Positions 48,864-58,927 are shown, counted from the first letter of the stretch. The stretch: DNA of 64,000 nt from Candidatus Bathyarchaeota archaeon (GCA_963715865.1 OY970280.1:1662486-1726485), one strand, 5' to 3'. Notes: generated from the sequence alone by a model not told the origin. A program made the numbers and translations.

Positions 48864-50254
48864 GAGTTTTTCACTTCAGTAATCAAAAACGATTTTCCGT
48901 CTTGCTGAATCATCGCTTGCTTCTGCGTTCCTTTAGGCGCTGGAAGCATCTTAGGCTGTTGCTGATTTTGGATGGGAAGAGGCGTTTCAGGTTCAGGCGG
49001 CGTCTCTGGAAAACCAAGCTGCACTCTTGCCTCAGAAATCTGAACTATGCCAAGTTGCACTAAAGGAACCATGTAAGCCGCTTTTTCCTGCAAAGAAGCT
49101 TCCCAAATAGGCTTCCACTTAATCTCGGGAATTTCCGTACCCTCGCCAAACTGCATTTCAACAAGCTGCTTAAACAACTTCGTTTCCAAAACGTCGCTAA
49201 TAAGTTCCTGTATCATCCTGAGTCTAGTGACGTATTCTTTCATGACTGTATCGCTTGTGGCGCGGTTTGTGCCTTGAGATTCACCCATGAAGATTTTTGG
49301 CACGCCTAAGACGGCTTCGCGTTGCTTGTAGAGGTAGTCAAGCCAAAACTGCAAGTTAACCCCTGTCGTCAACGAAGGCACCACATCAACCGTAACGTCA
49401 CCGCGAACGAAAGTGTCTGAGGCGACTCTGCGGTTCTGGAACGTACTCATAAGCGATGTTAATTGCGCATCGCTGAAAGGTCTCTCTGGAGTGCCTGCTT
49501 TAATGACAAGCATTGGTTTCGTGTAAGTGTGAACTATCGTTGCGAAATCGTTTTCAAACTGGTCAAGCAAAGCTTGAACCTTCAAAAGCGGACGCAGCAG
49601 CGAGGTGCCATAGCTGAATTCGTACCACCATGATTTAGCGCCCCAGCAAAACTGAACCATGTCTTGCGCAATAAACGCGACAGGAGGAAAAGTCAAAAGC
49701 TGAATGTATCCGAAGACGTCGCCATACTCATTTCTGCGAACGCGAATATGCACGGGATCCAGCGGTTTTAGCCAACTGATCGCGCCTGTCTGTTCATCCT
49801 TGCACAGCTCCAAATAAGCATTGCCGAAAACCAAAATGTCCGTAGCTACAATGCGAAGAGTATGCAAAATATTCTGTTCATCAAGCCAATCCGTAAGCCA
49901 CTCGCGAACCGCATCATCCCCGCCATCCAACTCGAAACCATTGCTCATAGCCAAGTTAACGGTGACATCAATCGCCGCTTTAATGTATGGGCTAAAATTG
50001 TATTGGTCCTTGTATTTGGGCAGGTCCTCGATTGGCACGGCGCCCCAGACACGTTCCCAATAAGCCGTGTAGGGCGGAACCACGAAGCCTGCGCCACTGC
50101 CCTTAAGCATGAATTTGTTGACGTAGCCCATGAGGTTGCTGTCTTTTTCCCACGTGACAGGGATTTCTTCGCGGATTTGCTGCGTGCTAACTTGTGGCGG
50201 AACGTCACGTTGCGCGGTGAATGCGGATTTGTCTATGGTGCTTTTCAAAGGCAT
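48860..50254 (-). CDS. Portal protein
   Basis: VFGNAYLEL, LDPVHIRV, YGTSLLRP, LGVPKIFMG; follows TerL. Confidence 0.88.
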   Translation of the reverse strand: MPLKSTIDKSAFTAQRDVPPQVSTQQIREEIPVTWEKDSNLMGYVNKFMLKGSGAGFVVPPYTAYWERVWGAVPIEDLPKYKDQYNFSPYIKAAIDVTVNLAMSNGFELDGGDDAVREWLTDWLDEQNILHTLRIVATDILVFGNAYLELCKDEQTGAISWLKPLDPVHIRVRRNEYGDVFGYIQLLTFPPVAFIAQDMVQFCWGAKSWWYEFSYGTSLLRPLLKVQALLDQFENDFATIVHTYTKPMLVIKAGTPERPFSDAQLTSLMSTFQNRRVASDTFVRGDVTVDVVPSLTTGVNLQFWLDYLYKQREAVLGVPKIFMGESQGTNRATSDTVMKEYVTRLRMIQELISDVLETKLFKQLVEMQFGEGTEIPEIKWKPIWEASLQEKAAYMVPLVQLGIVQISEARVQLGFPETPPEPETPLPIQNQQQPKMLPAPKGTQKQAMIQQDGKSFLITEVKNS

Positions 50255-50473
50255 TTAAAAATCACTATCTCTAAAAACTAAGCCTCTTTCTTCTCGGCTT
50301 TTTCGTTTGTTACTATGATTTCTTCCCAAACCACGTTTTTAGTGATGTCCACGCCATCAACGTAAACATGTAAATCTGTTAGGTTACAATTCACAGTCAT
50401 GCCTAACGCTTTAACCTGCTTAGTTTTATCGCTTGCTGAAAATAACTCCTCTTTCAAGTTAAGTCACCATAAT

Positions 50474-51766
50474 TTATAACTCTCTTATGAACGCGGCGCC
50501 GACACCAGGCGGGGCTTGTCCTGTTTTAATCTGCCAAGCAGCCAAAGCTAATGTGATAACCGTATCATCATGCAGGCCTTCAGGCGCTCCGTATTGAATC
50601 AGGCCTGACGGCATAAGATTGTAAGTGAAAGATTCGAGTTCTGATTTTAAAACTGGAAACTGCTCATCTAAAGCGCTTGAGAACTCTTTTGTTGCTGGGT
50701 TGCCTGGGAACCAGATTTCGCCATTATCCAGCATAATGCTCAAGTTTTCTATAAGCGCTTTTTTGGTTGTGTTCGTAAGTTTATAACCGCTAACCCCGCT
50801 GTATTCACGCTGTAATTCGTCGTAGACAGGGTCGCCGACGCCTGTACTATCCACAAGTAACGGTGCATTTCCGAAGCGTCTGCAGAACGCAATTATTCTT
50901 TTCCGCTGGAAAGGCCAGTCTATTTGGTTGAAGCGTTCGTAGCCTACGACTTCGCCGTTCATGCGTAAGGCGATGTTTACGGTGAAATCCACAGTTTTGC
51001 CAAGGTCACTGCCAACCATAATGGACTCGGTAAAACTTGGGTTATATGGTTTGATGTCGTCTCGTATGCGGTCTGCGATATGTCGGAAGACTACGCCTTC
51101 GCCTTCCAGTTCTTCCGCGTAGATTTCTTGGCGCCTAAGCAACTCGGGCATGTCATTAGCGATTGCGTCAATGTTTGCTTTGGGTAGGAACCCGCCATTT
51201 TCAGTTGCGTTGTCGTAGCTGCTTCCACGCCAACTTTTATATTCTGTTTCAGATAGGTCAAACCCTTTCGCTAATATATAACTGAACCATGTTTTACCTT
51301 TTGGCGTACCAATAAACAAGACTGACCCATTGTAGTCCATGAGGCTTGGTTTTAACTCTGCTTCCCACCTGTTCGGTTTCAGCATAGGAGCCTCATCAAT
51401 CGTTAAGTGATGCAGCCCTGAGCCACGCAGACTATCTTCTCGGTCGGCGCTATGAAAGAAGCATTCGCTTCCATTTTTAATTCGGATATAACGAATAGTT
51501 TCGTTGCTTTCGAGTTGCTTAACTATTAAGCTATGTGGTGTAAGGTCGCGAACTTTCTTTGTTGCAGGAATCAGTTCTTTGTAGAGAGGCGCTACCCACC
51601 AAGTTAAACAGTTTGGGTTTTTGAGCATAAAGATAAGGTTTTTTATCCACGCTAACTCGGTTTTTCCCCATCTTCTTCCAGCTTCAACCGTTTGGTATCG
51701 GTGATTGTCATAATAAACTTCAAGTTGCTTTGGATGCATCCGAAATGGGATGTTGACTATTGTCAA
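50474..51766 (-). CDS. Terminase large subunit
   Basis: AGRRWGKT, LRGSGL...IDEA, IGTPKG, DLGKTVDF, HDDTVITLALA. Confidence 0.93.
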   Translation of the reverse strand: MTIVNIPFRMHPKQLEVYYDNHRYQTVEAGRRWGKTELAWIKNLIFMLKNPNCLTWWVAPLYKELIPATKKVRDLTPHSLIVKQLESNETIRYIRIKNGSECFFHSADREDSLRGSGLHHLTIDEAPMLKPNRWEAELKPSLMDYNGSVLFIGTPKGKTWFSYILAKGFDLSETEYKSWRGSSYDNATENGGFLPKANIDAIANDMPELLRRQEIYAEELEGEGVVFRHIADRIRDDIKPYNPSFTESIMVGSDLGKTVDFTVNIALRMNGEVVGYERFNQIDWPFQRKRIIAFCRRFGNAPLLVDSTGVGDPVYDELQREYSGVSGYKLTNTTKKALIENLSIMLDNGEIWFPGNPATKEFSSALDEQFPVLKSELESFTYNLMPSGLIQYGAPEGLHDDTVITLALAAWQIKTGQAPPGVGAAFIREL

Positions 51767-52157
51767 TTATTTCCACTCGGAAAATTGCTGTTTGATTTGT
51801 AACATTAACTTCTACCTTAGCTTGTTTCTCCAAGACCTTCATGACAAGCCTTGTTAAGCCTCTGAATGCTTCGGCTCGGTCTTCCCCTTTCATTTTTTCG
51901 TATTGTTGATGCCACTCAATAAGTAAGTGTTGCGCTTGGTCCGTTTTTGCCCATTCTTCAAAATCACGATAAAGCGTGGTTCTGTCGCAATTTAATTCTT
52001 CAGTTAAAATCTGAATTTCTTTTCCGTTGAATATGCCCTCGATTAGGCGTTGGCGTCGTTCTTGGATGCTGAGTTGTTTAGGTGTTAATGTTGCATTTTG
52101 TTGCATTTTTGGTTTTTGAGGTTTTAATCCGAGAGCCTCTTCATAAGAAATAGACAT
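51720..52157 (-). CDS. Terminase small subunit candidate (HTH)
   Basis: LTEELNCDRTTLYRD HTH; overlaps the TerL start. Confidence 0.6.
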   Translation of the reverse strand: MSISYEEALGLKPQKPKMQQNATLTPKQLSIQERRQRLIEGIFNGKEIQILTEELNCDRTTLYRDFEEWAKTDQAQHLLIEWHQQYEKMKGEDRAEAFRGLTRLVMKVLEKQAKVEVNVTNQTAIFRVEIIDNSQHPISDASKAT

Positions 52158-52167
52158 TTCAGAATCC

Positions 52168-52467
52168 TCAGTGCGCAAGAATCAAGTAAGTTAATGCAGA
52201 GGCTATTGCTGCGCTTACGATTGAGATGAATAAGGGTTTAAGCACGTTAATCCAACTTTTTTGAACCTTGTTAGCATCGCTAAGCTGGTCAAGTTTAGTC
52301 AAAATTGTGCGGATAATGCCCGTATTCAAACCCGTGCAATCTTCACCGAGCAAGGCAATTAACGCTTTTTCGATTTGGCTAATGGATGCCGTGCTTTTGT
52401 TAATTTGGGTAACATAAGGGCAAACTGGATTTTTATATGCAGTTTCGCATTCGCCGTTTTCGCTCAT
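52168..52467 (-). CDS. Coiled-coil protein with C-terminal TM
   Basis: CPY...coiled coil...hydrophobic tail. Confidence 0.55.
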   Translation of the reverse strand: MSENGECETAYKNPVCPYVTQINKSTASISQIEKALIALLGEDCTGLNTGIIRTILTKLDQLSDANKVQKSWINVLKPLFISIVSAAIASALTYLILAH

Positions 52468-52718
52468 TACTGGAACGCTCCTGCACCGCGACTGTCAGAA
52501 ATTACGAGACCCTGAGGAGTGTCAGGAATCAGCTCAGGAACGATCTGTGCGCCCAAAGCCAAGTTTACAGCAGACACCGTATCATCCTCATCGCCTAAAT
52601 AAACAGATTCATGAAGCTTCGAGTCCCAGAAACTATTAGCCAAGCAATGCTGCCTAGCCTTCTTGAATTCTAAACTGTCCCCTGAACGTTTTTTACGATG
52701 CACCAAACTAAGATACAC
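52467..52718 (-). CDS. Viral hypothetical protein
   Basis: Coupled to the downstream ORF. Confidence 0.4.
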   Translation of the reverse strand: MYLSLVHRKKRSGDSLEFKKARQHCLANSFWDSKLHESVYLGDEDDTVSAVNLALGAQIVPELIPDTPQGLVISDSRGAGAFQ

Positions 52719-52822
52719 CCCATTTCCTCTGTCCCGTTTTAGGTTCGGGCGGGCGTTAGAGAAAAATCCGAGCCTCTAAACAGAGACTTGCTATAGCATG
52801 TTGAATGTTAGTGAGCGTCTGC

Positions 52823-53146
52823 TTATAAAACATGTGATTTCAAACTAGCCAATTCTTGAAGAGCAGGATACCGCGGATCGTCAATTGCAAGCAAATTATC
52901 ATAACGCCGCATGAAATCACAGCCCAGACCAGAAGTAGAATAAACCGTGCGTTTGCCAACAACTTTTTTAACTAAAAAACCAGCCTCAACCAAACCACCC
53001 ATAAAGACAGAAGAAACATTAGCTTTCCGCGCAACCTCCGAAATAAGCAAATTTTTACCTCTACAACAAACCAAAACATCATAAATTATAGAAAGCCGAT
53101 TACGAGGTTTCTTCCTAGTACACCTCCTCTCATGACTCCCCATCAT
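52823..53146 (-). CDS. Archaeal winged-helix transcription regulator
   Basis: RNRLSIIYDVL...ISEVARKANV...LVEAGFL...YSTSGLG. Confidence 0.7.
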   Translation of the reverse strand: MMGSHERRCTRKKPRNRLSIIYDVLVCCRGKNLLISEVARKANVSSVFMGGLVEAGFLVKKVVGKRTVYSTSGLGCDFMRRYDNLLAIDDPRYPALQELASLKSHVL

Positions 53147-53657
53147 CCTGCACCTCCTCTTTCGATTCTTCAACCTCTGCCTCAGTGGCGCCATACGCGT
53201 CAAACGCGAACCTCGTCAAAGCCCACCGGTGCCCACGCTTCTCAAACAGCACCTTACCAGTCTCAAAATGCAAACGCTTATTCATCCGCACAATCCTACG
53301 ACTCACATCATAATATTTCAGACCGTATGCACCCAGCTTATTGACCCACTCAGCAACATCCTTCGGAAAAACACCCGCATCACCCACTTCACGCACACGC
53401 TGCAGAATCTCCCTATCAGCCTGATCCTTAACAGCAAAGCCCTCAACCGTCGGCTCATCATAATCAGCCTCACCGATTTTCTCCAGCCTATGCCGAATCC
53501 AACGAAGCTCAGTCAAAATCCGTTCATTCTGACCTTTAACCTCTTTCAGCAAAACCGTCTGATACTTAATCCTGCCAACTTTATCCTCTTGACTACGCCC
53601 TTTTTTACACGTTTGAACAACTTTTTCGCTAGACGCTTGCGCATCCTGTTCAATCAA
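53130..53657 (-). CDS. Winged-helix hypothetical protein
   Basis: DREILQRV...VFPKDVA...KRGHRWALT. Confidence 0.6.
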   Translation of the reverse strand: MIEQDAQASSEKVVQTCKKGRSQEDKVGRIKYQTVLLKEVKGQNERILTELRWIRHRLEKIGEADYDEPTVEGFAVKDQADREILQRVREVGDAGVFPKDVAEWVNKLGAYGLKYYDVSRRIVRMNKRLHFETGKVLFEKRGHRWALTRFAFDAYGATEAEVEESKEEVQDDGES

Positions 53658-54065
53658 GGTCTTTCCACTCCATCAACAACACCGAAAATATAGTGCCCCG
53701 CATCACTCTCAACCACTATCAGAAACCTCAAAGCCGAAAGCATGGAAAAAGTCCATGCAAAAACACCCCGAAAAACAGCTCCAAAAAACTTTAAGCAGCC
53801 TTTCACATCCAACAGGTTACTACGTACATCAGCTAGGGCACAGAAAACTCTGCTATGTACATCACAGGCCCTAGCATGTACGTAGTAACTCACCTAGAAA
53901 CCTCCTCTTTTTTATGAAAATGCGAGCAACTTTTATTTCTAAAAGGCTGCGGCTGCTGCGGATTACTATAATTATATTCAGTTTGAAAACCAGCTTTCCT
54001 ATTTAACCGACAAATCGCACCCTTAGCAAAACAATCTTTACCGTCGATGTCACAAACTCCAAAAA

Positions 54066-55083
54066 TCATCTAACATAATCTCCAAGTTTCTTCTGGCCCT
54101 CAGCAAGACGTTTCGGGTCTTCCACATCACCAAGCTTACCTAAAACTTCCGTAAGCTTATTCACGTTGAAAGCAATCTTCTCAACCGCAGACTCAAGATT
54201 CTCAATCTTCCTCAGAGGCGACTTACTGAGTACATTATAGATAGCTTCCTGCAACCGCTCAACCCCAAGCAACCGCGAGTTATTAAATTTCAAAGCTTCA
54301 CCAACACGCTTAACCTCCTGCTTCAACTCAAAACTCGCCTGCAACTTATCATGATCAGTGAAACCTTTCGAAATAACCTCCTCAAACTTTGTCACGGACA
54401 TCGGACGAGTAATCTTGCGCTCCTTACGCACTAAGTTCTCTTCTTTCTGGTAAACCCGCTCAACCATACCAAACAAATCAAGTTTCGTGACACATTGAAC
54501 CCCATCAATCCGCACACCATAGTAATCCTTGTTACACTCAAACGTGAGCAGTTCTAAATCATTAAGTTGCCAACCCAAATGATCCTCAACCACGTCAAAC
54601 CAACGATGCAACGCAAGTAGGCAGGCATCATGACTCATCCCGCCAACATCACAAGCAACATACCCCGAAATCTTCCGCCTCTCACTCCCAAAACAAACAT
54701 GAATCTTAACCCCCCCAACAAACTCGTCAACCTCCCAATGCTTCACATCTTGACAAACAAAACTCCGCAAAGAAATATTATGCACACAAAGAGGCACGAA
54801 CCGCATACCATAGGTGATTTTGTTACAGTAACTTCCAACATACGGCTGCAGGACAAGCCCTTTCTCAAGCAGTTTACGACAGACAACCCTCACAGTAGTA
54901 TATTGACCACGCCTAGGCTTCCTTGGAGCATGGATTATTCTGGCAATCTCTGCAGGTCTAAGCTCAACTTCTGAAGCATCGATAACGTGAAAGGCACGCG
55001 CCTCAATACCCCAGTGCCTTTCCGCTAAACTGTTTAAACTGGTGTTGCTAGGTGTCCGTTGAAGTATCAGATTTACCAGCCAA
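54066..55083 (-). CDS. Winged-helix + coiled-coil protein (replication initiator candidate); start uncertain, possible +1 frameshift near 55050
   Basis: Frame stays open upstream of the tracked GTG: LRPAEIARII...TVRVVCRKLLEKGLVLQPY wHTH. Confidence 0.55.
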
Positions 55084-55180
55084 AAAATGCAGCTCCGCTA
55101 AGCGAATTCTTTGAAACCGCAACTACGGCAAACAATAAAGCGGCCTTCGCGCCTAGCCTTTTTACGACAAACCTTCACGC

Positions 55181-55303
55181 TCATTTCGGCAACCCCTTCT
55201 CTGGATGATATTTAAGACCAATCTGACAAGGACAAGCGGTTGAACCGCAATTCCTGCAAGGATCATAATCCAAATCCAGCGTTGCGTCAGTACAGTTGCT
55301 CAT
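55181..55303 (-). CDS. 40-aa Cys-rich peptide
   Basis: Manual ORF MSNCTDAT...PCRNCGSTACPCQ with upstream GAGGAG. Confidence 0.4.
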   Translation of the reverse strand: MSNCTDATLDLDYDPCRNCGSTACPCQIGLKYHPEKGLPK

Positions 55304-55483
55304 TTACTACGTACACTCCTCTCTCCGCTTACCATCCATCCTGACATCCCAATACTTCCCGCCAGGACAATGATTATAGCAAACGCAGCAATCATCGCAA
55401 AGCATCAGACGCCTGCCAAAACCGCTGCAACCAACAATCGGATTCCAAGTAAAATCCAAATACTCAATCTTAGTACGATTCAA

Positions 55484-57169
55484 TCAAGAAACCTCCTTGA
55501 ATTTGACGCCCTGCGCTAGGCAGTAGTAGTTGCGGTCTGTGTGCTTCTTGGCGATCAGGTCCTGCTTTTCTAAATCGTTAAGCGCATTATTGACTTCCTG
55601 AGGAGTAGCATTCCAACGCTCATCCTGGATAGCTTTCACAATATCGTCCAAGCGGCGCCACGTATCCAACTTGCCTTTCCTGGCGACCTCGAGGATTTTT
55701 CCACGCATATTCTCAGTGTTGATAACTACGAGTTTCTCAGTTGCCTGCACATCCACGATAGTTGTCGAAGCCTGCAGCCCAACCGTAGCGGCGCCTTCAG
55801 ATGGTTGGCTACTTGAGGGTAATACAGCAGGTAAATTCTTAGCCAACTCTTCAACTCGAGTAATATTATCATAGATGTTCTGGACATTCAAGGCTAAGCG
55901 AAGAGCAATCTTGAGATTATCGTAATCCTTCAGCTCCTGATCCTTCGCCTCGAGGCGCTTCTCCAGATCAAACTTCACTTCACCAAGAAACTTTAGCCGC
56001 TGCTGCACGGAATCCGCTAATTTACGGCCAGAACGAAACTCCTCAATCTCGATGCGTAACGCATCAACTTCAGCCTGGAGGATCTTAAGTTGTTGTGCAT
56101 CAACATTGTTTATCGATGCATCTACTGGTGCAGGTGTCGATGAAGGCTCAAGCATCTCTTTTACTGAGAGCTTAATCTGAGCCGATTTTTCAGCATCCTC
56201 TAGCTTTTTCTGTGTCTCACGCAACAGCCGCTTAGTCTTCTCTAAGTCAGATTCTTCAGTGCGTTCTTTTTCAAGTGCCGCCATGATTGATTTTGCGAGT
56301 TCATCAACAGTCTGCTTAACTTCGCTCGCACGTGGAGCAACATATTCCAAGCTAGGAGTATCGGCGCCATGCTTAGTTAGGCGTTTTTCCGTCACCGTCA
56401 CAAATTGGCTTTGGCTGCCAAGAACCACAAACCACTCGCCCTTCCCAAACCGCGTCAATTGCTCAGCCCGAATCTCCACGCCATTCTTACGCACAGTATC
56501 CAAAACCTCTTTGTCCAGGTACTTGGTGTCGTGGCTAGCGAATTTGCCGTAAAAAGTCACATTCGCAAGCTGCCGAATCGTAAAATTAACTTCCTGCGGC
56601 CTCTGACTGCTCTCAACGGTGATAATGTTAAGCTTCCTACCCTGCGTACTGCAATCCTTGAAAGCCTTAATCATCCGATTATAAACCCATGGAGGCGCAA
56701 TGTGCCCAGCCGTAGAATTCGGCAAGTACTCCTGAGATTCTTCTGGGAGAATCATTAACGGCCTATGATGCGTCTCCTGCAACTTCATTATCGCATGCAG
56801 AAAACGCGAAACCCAATCAACAAGCTTAGCTTCATCTTCGACGTCGGAAGTGTAGAAAATCATAGAAATGCCATTTTCAACCACGGCCTTCGCATACGTC
56901 AATGGCGCCGTCAAAGCAAAATCCACATCCTTCGCGTGCACGCCGCCGACGCTGAGAATATCAAACTTTTCTTTGAGCGTAAAGTATTCGTCTCGCGGCT
57001 GGAAAATAACGACAGTACCGCCCTGCAACAGAAACTGCTCAATCATCAAAGCATTATTGAAGGACTTACCAGATCCAGGACCACCAAAATTCGCAATGCG
57101 CAAGCCTTCACGACAGAACGGCTCTGCATCACTATCAATTACAAGGTTTTCACTAAAACGAAACTTCAA
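55484..57169 (-). CDS. HerA/DUF87-like P-loop ATPase with coiled coil and C-terminal wHTH
   Basis: Walker A GGPGSGKS, VIFQPRDEY, ILPEESQEY, SSQRPQ. Confidence 0.8.
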   Translation of the reverse strand: MKFRFSENLVIDSDAEPFCREGLRIANFGGPGSGKSFNNALMIEQFLLQGGTVVIFQPRDEYFTLKEKFDILSVGGVHAKDVDFALTAPLTYAKAVVENGISMIFYTSDVEDEAKLVDWVSRFLHAIMKLQETHHRPLMILPEESQEYLPNSTAGHIAPPWVYNRMIKAFKDCSTQGRKLNIITVESSQRPQEVNFTIRQLANVTFYGKFASHDTKYLDKEVLDTVRKNGVEIRAEQLTRFGKGEWFVVLGSQSQFVTVTEKRLTKHGADTPSLEYVAPRASEVKQTVDELAKSIMAALEKERTEESDLEKTKRLLRETQKKLEDAEKSAQIKLSVKEMLEPSSTPAPVDASINNVDAQQLKILQAEVDALRIEIEEFRSGRKLADSVQQRLKFLGEVKFDLEKRLEAKDQELKDYDNLKIALRLALNVQNIYDNITRVEELAKNLPAVLPSSSQPSEGAATVGLQASTTIVDVQATEKLVVINTENMRGKILEVARKGKLDTWRRLDDIVKAIQDERWNATPQEVNNALNDLEKQDLIAKKHTDRNYYCLAQGVKFKEVS

Positions 57170-57318
57170 GAAATAACCTCCGAGTGTTTTTTCAATCGCA
57201 TGTTATGCCCAGGCTTAAACCTCAAAATATGATCACCTGAACGCTGAGGCACAGGCTCACCACAACCGCAAAGACAAGTACGCAGAACCCTATGCTTAGG
57301 TTTCTTAGGCTGACTCAA
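57166..57318 (-). CDS. 50-aa CxCGCG...GH zinc-binding peptide
   Basis: Manual ORF MSQPKKPKHRVLRTCLCGCGEPVPQ...FKPGHN; TTGA overlap with the ATPase start. Confidence 0.6.
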   Translation of the reverse strand: MSQPKKPKHRVLRTCLCGCGEPVPQRSGDHILRFKPGHNMRLKKHSEVIS

Positions 57319-57422
57319 CAAAAAGCCTCCAAATCGCTCAAGCTACAAACAATCATGAAGGAAACGCAAAAAACTACAGAAAAAGAGGAAGGTATGCGGG
57401 AGACATCGCCACTTCCTAGAGG

Positions 57423-57436
57423 ATAATTACTTATCC
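57423..57436 (+). repeat. attR core ATAATTACTTATCC inside the palindrome AGAGGATAA-TTAC-TTATCCTCT (57418-57439)
   Basis: Identical to 17603-17616; inverted arms typical of tyrosine recombinase sites. Confidence 0.75.
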
Positions 57437-57614
57437 TCTGTTTTCCGCATTTATACCCATAAAGCAAGAGCCTTTTTTGAATTAACTTGAGAAACCCTGT
57501 TAAAGTGTCGTTTCGTTAAAAAATAATTTGGTAATTTTTGGTTATGCTAAAACCTAATTACTTCCCTGCCACAATTAATCTTTAAATCATGGCTTAGCAG
57601 GCTGGAGGCATGGC

Positions 57615-58571
57615 TTGGGCAAACTAAAATTTGGGGTATTCCTTCCATTCTACGCGTTCAAAGCTAAAGAGCCCAAGGAACATTTCAGTCTTATTCGAGA
57701 TGTTGTTTTGGAATGTGAACACTTAGGCTACCATTCAGTTTGGCTGGATGACCATTTGATGCATAATGATTGGCCTATCCTTGAATGCTGGACGACTCTC
57801 TCCGCGCTCTCTTCTTTAACCAGTAGGATACGGTTGGGAACAATGGTTTCCTGCACCGCACACAGGAATCCTGCTTTGCTTGCCAAGATGGCTGCTACGC
57901 TTGACGTCCTATCTAAGGGCAGGTTAGAGCTTGGCATCGGAGCAGGCACCCAGGAAACGGAGCATGTTGCTTATGGTTTTGGTTTTCCTAAACCAAGCGT
58001 CAGAATAGAGCGTTTAAGCGAGGCTTTGGAAGTAATAAGGCGACTGTGGACAGAAGAAAAAGCAAACTATCAAGGAAAACACTACACATTAAAAGATGCC
58101 GTTTGCGAACCTAAACCCTTGCAGAAACCTCATCCACCAATAACTGTGGGTGGAAGCGGCGAAAAACTGATGCTGAAAGCGACCGCTCGGTATGCTGACA
58201 GGTTTGATTGGGGTTTCTTGCCATCCATTGAAGTGTATAAGCGTAAACTTGAGGTTTTAGAGAACAATTGCAAAGCAGTTGGCAGAAACTTCACGGAAAT
58301 TCAGAAGTCCTGCTGGCCCGGTGGCCAAGTGCTAATTGCGCAGGACAAAAGAGAACTGAGCGAAAAGATTTCCCAGCGAAAACCAGCAAATGTTAGCTTA
58401 GAAGACTTCAAGAAGACTGCTTTGGCTGGCACTCCGGATGAGTGCAGGGCGCAGTTGCAGGTTTACGTGGATTTGGGTGTGATTTATTTTATGTTGTTTT
58501 TCGCTGACTTACCAAGTTTAGACGGGGTGAGACTGTTTGCTGAAGCTGTTGTCAATAAAATGGGCGGTTAG
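57615..58571 (+). CDS. LLM-class (likely F420-dependent) oxidoreductase
   Basis: VWLDDH, RLGTMV, RNPALLAKMAATLDVLSKGRLELGIGAG, PKPLQKPHPPI. Confidence 0.9.
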   Translation: MGKLKFGVFLPFYAFKAKEPKEHFSLIRDVVLECEHLGYHSVWLDDHLMHNDWPILECWTTLSALSSLTSRIRLGTMVSCTAHRNPALLAKMAATLDVLSKGRLELGIGAGTQETEHVAYGFGFPKPSVRIERLSEALEVIRRLWTEEKANYQGKHYTLKDAVCEPKPLQKPHPPITVGGSGEKLMLKATARYADRFDWGFLPSIEVYKRKLEVLENNCKAVGRNFTEIQKSCWPGGQVLIAQDKRELSEKISQRKPANVSLEDFKKTALAGTPDECRAQLQVYVDLGVIYFMLFFADLPSLDGVRLFAEAVVNKMGG

Positions 58572-58927
58572 AGGTCGCCTCTGACGATGTGCGATAGCTC
58601 GTGAAGAATAATTTCATCCAAACTGTGGTACGGGTTTTCCCTGACCAGAATGATGTAATCGGCGTCTTCAGTTTCGTCAGCGTTAAACACGCACGCATCT
58701 GTGCCCTTAGTTGACAGTGTACTGCCCCATTCCTCAATCTCTCGCAGGTCATCTTCTACGCAGTGCCTGTGCTGGATAACATGGTTGAAATCTTCGTCGC
58801 TTAATTTGAGCGCTTTAACTTTAGGCAATGGCTTGCTGGACAGTGTTTTCCATGCTTTAACGAGTTGATTTTTTGGTATATGCTTAGCTTTCATTTTGAC
58901 GCCTTCAACTAAAACCATAAAAAACAC
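58568..58927 (-). CDS. Hypothetical protein with HExxH motif
   Basis: IILHELSH at the C-terminus. Confidence 0.55.
   Translation of the reverse strand: MFFMVLVEGVKMKAKHIPKNQLVKAWKTLSSKPLPKVKALKLSDEDFNHVIQHRHCVEDDLREIEEWGSTLSTKGTDACVFNADETEDADYIILVRENPYHSLDEIILHELSHIVRGDL

Larger units (their letters stand above)
17603..57436. mobile_element. Integrated provirus of a tailed (Caudoviricetes-like) archaeal virus, ~39.8 kb
   Basis: Integrase at left end; TerS/TerL, portal, protease, HK97 MCP, tail tube, TAC, TMP; flanked by a 14-bp direct repeat; host metabolic genes resume on both sides. Confidence 0.93.

Noticed and set aside
53654-53893. 79-aa ORF starting MSYYVH, and 27287-27613 starting MYVV
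   Set aside because: Starts derive from the TGTACGTAGTAA motif; likely non-coding regulatory DNA.
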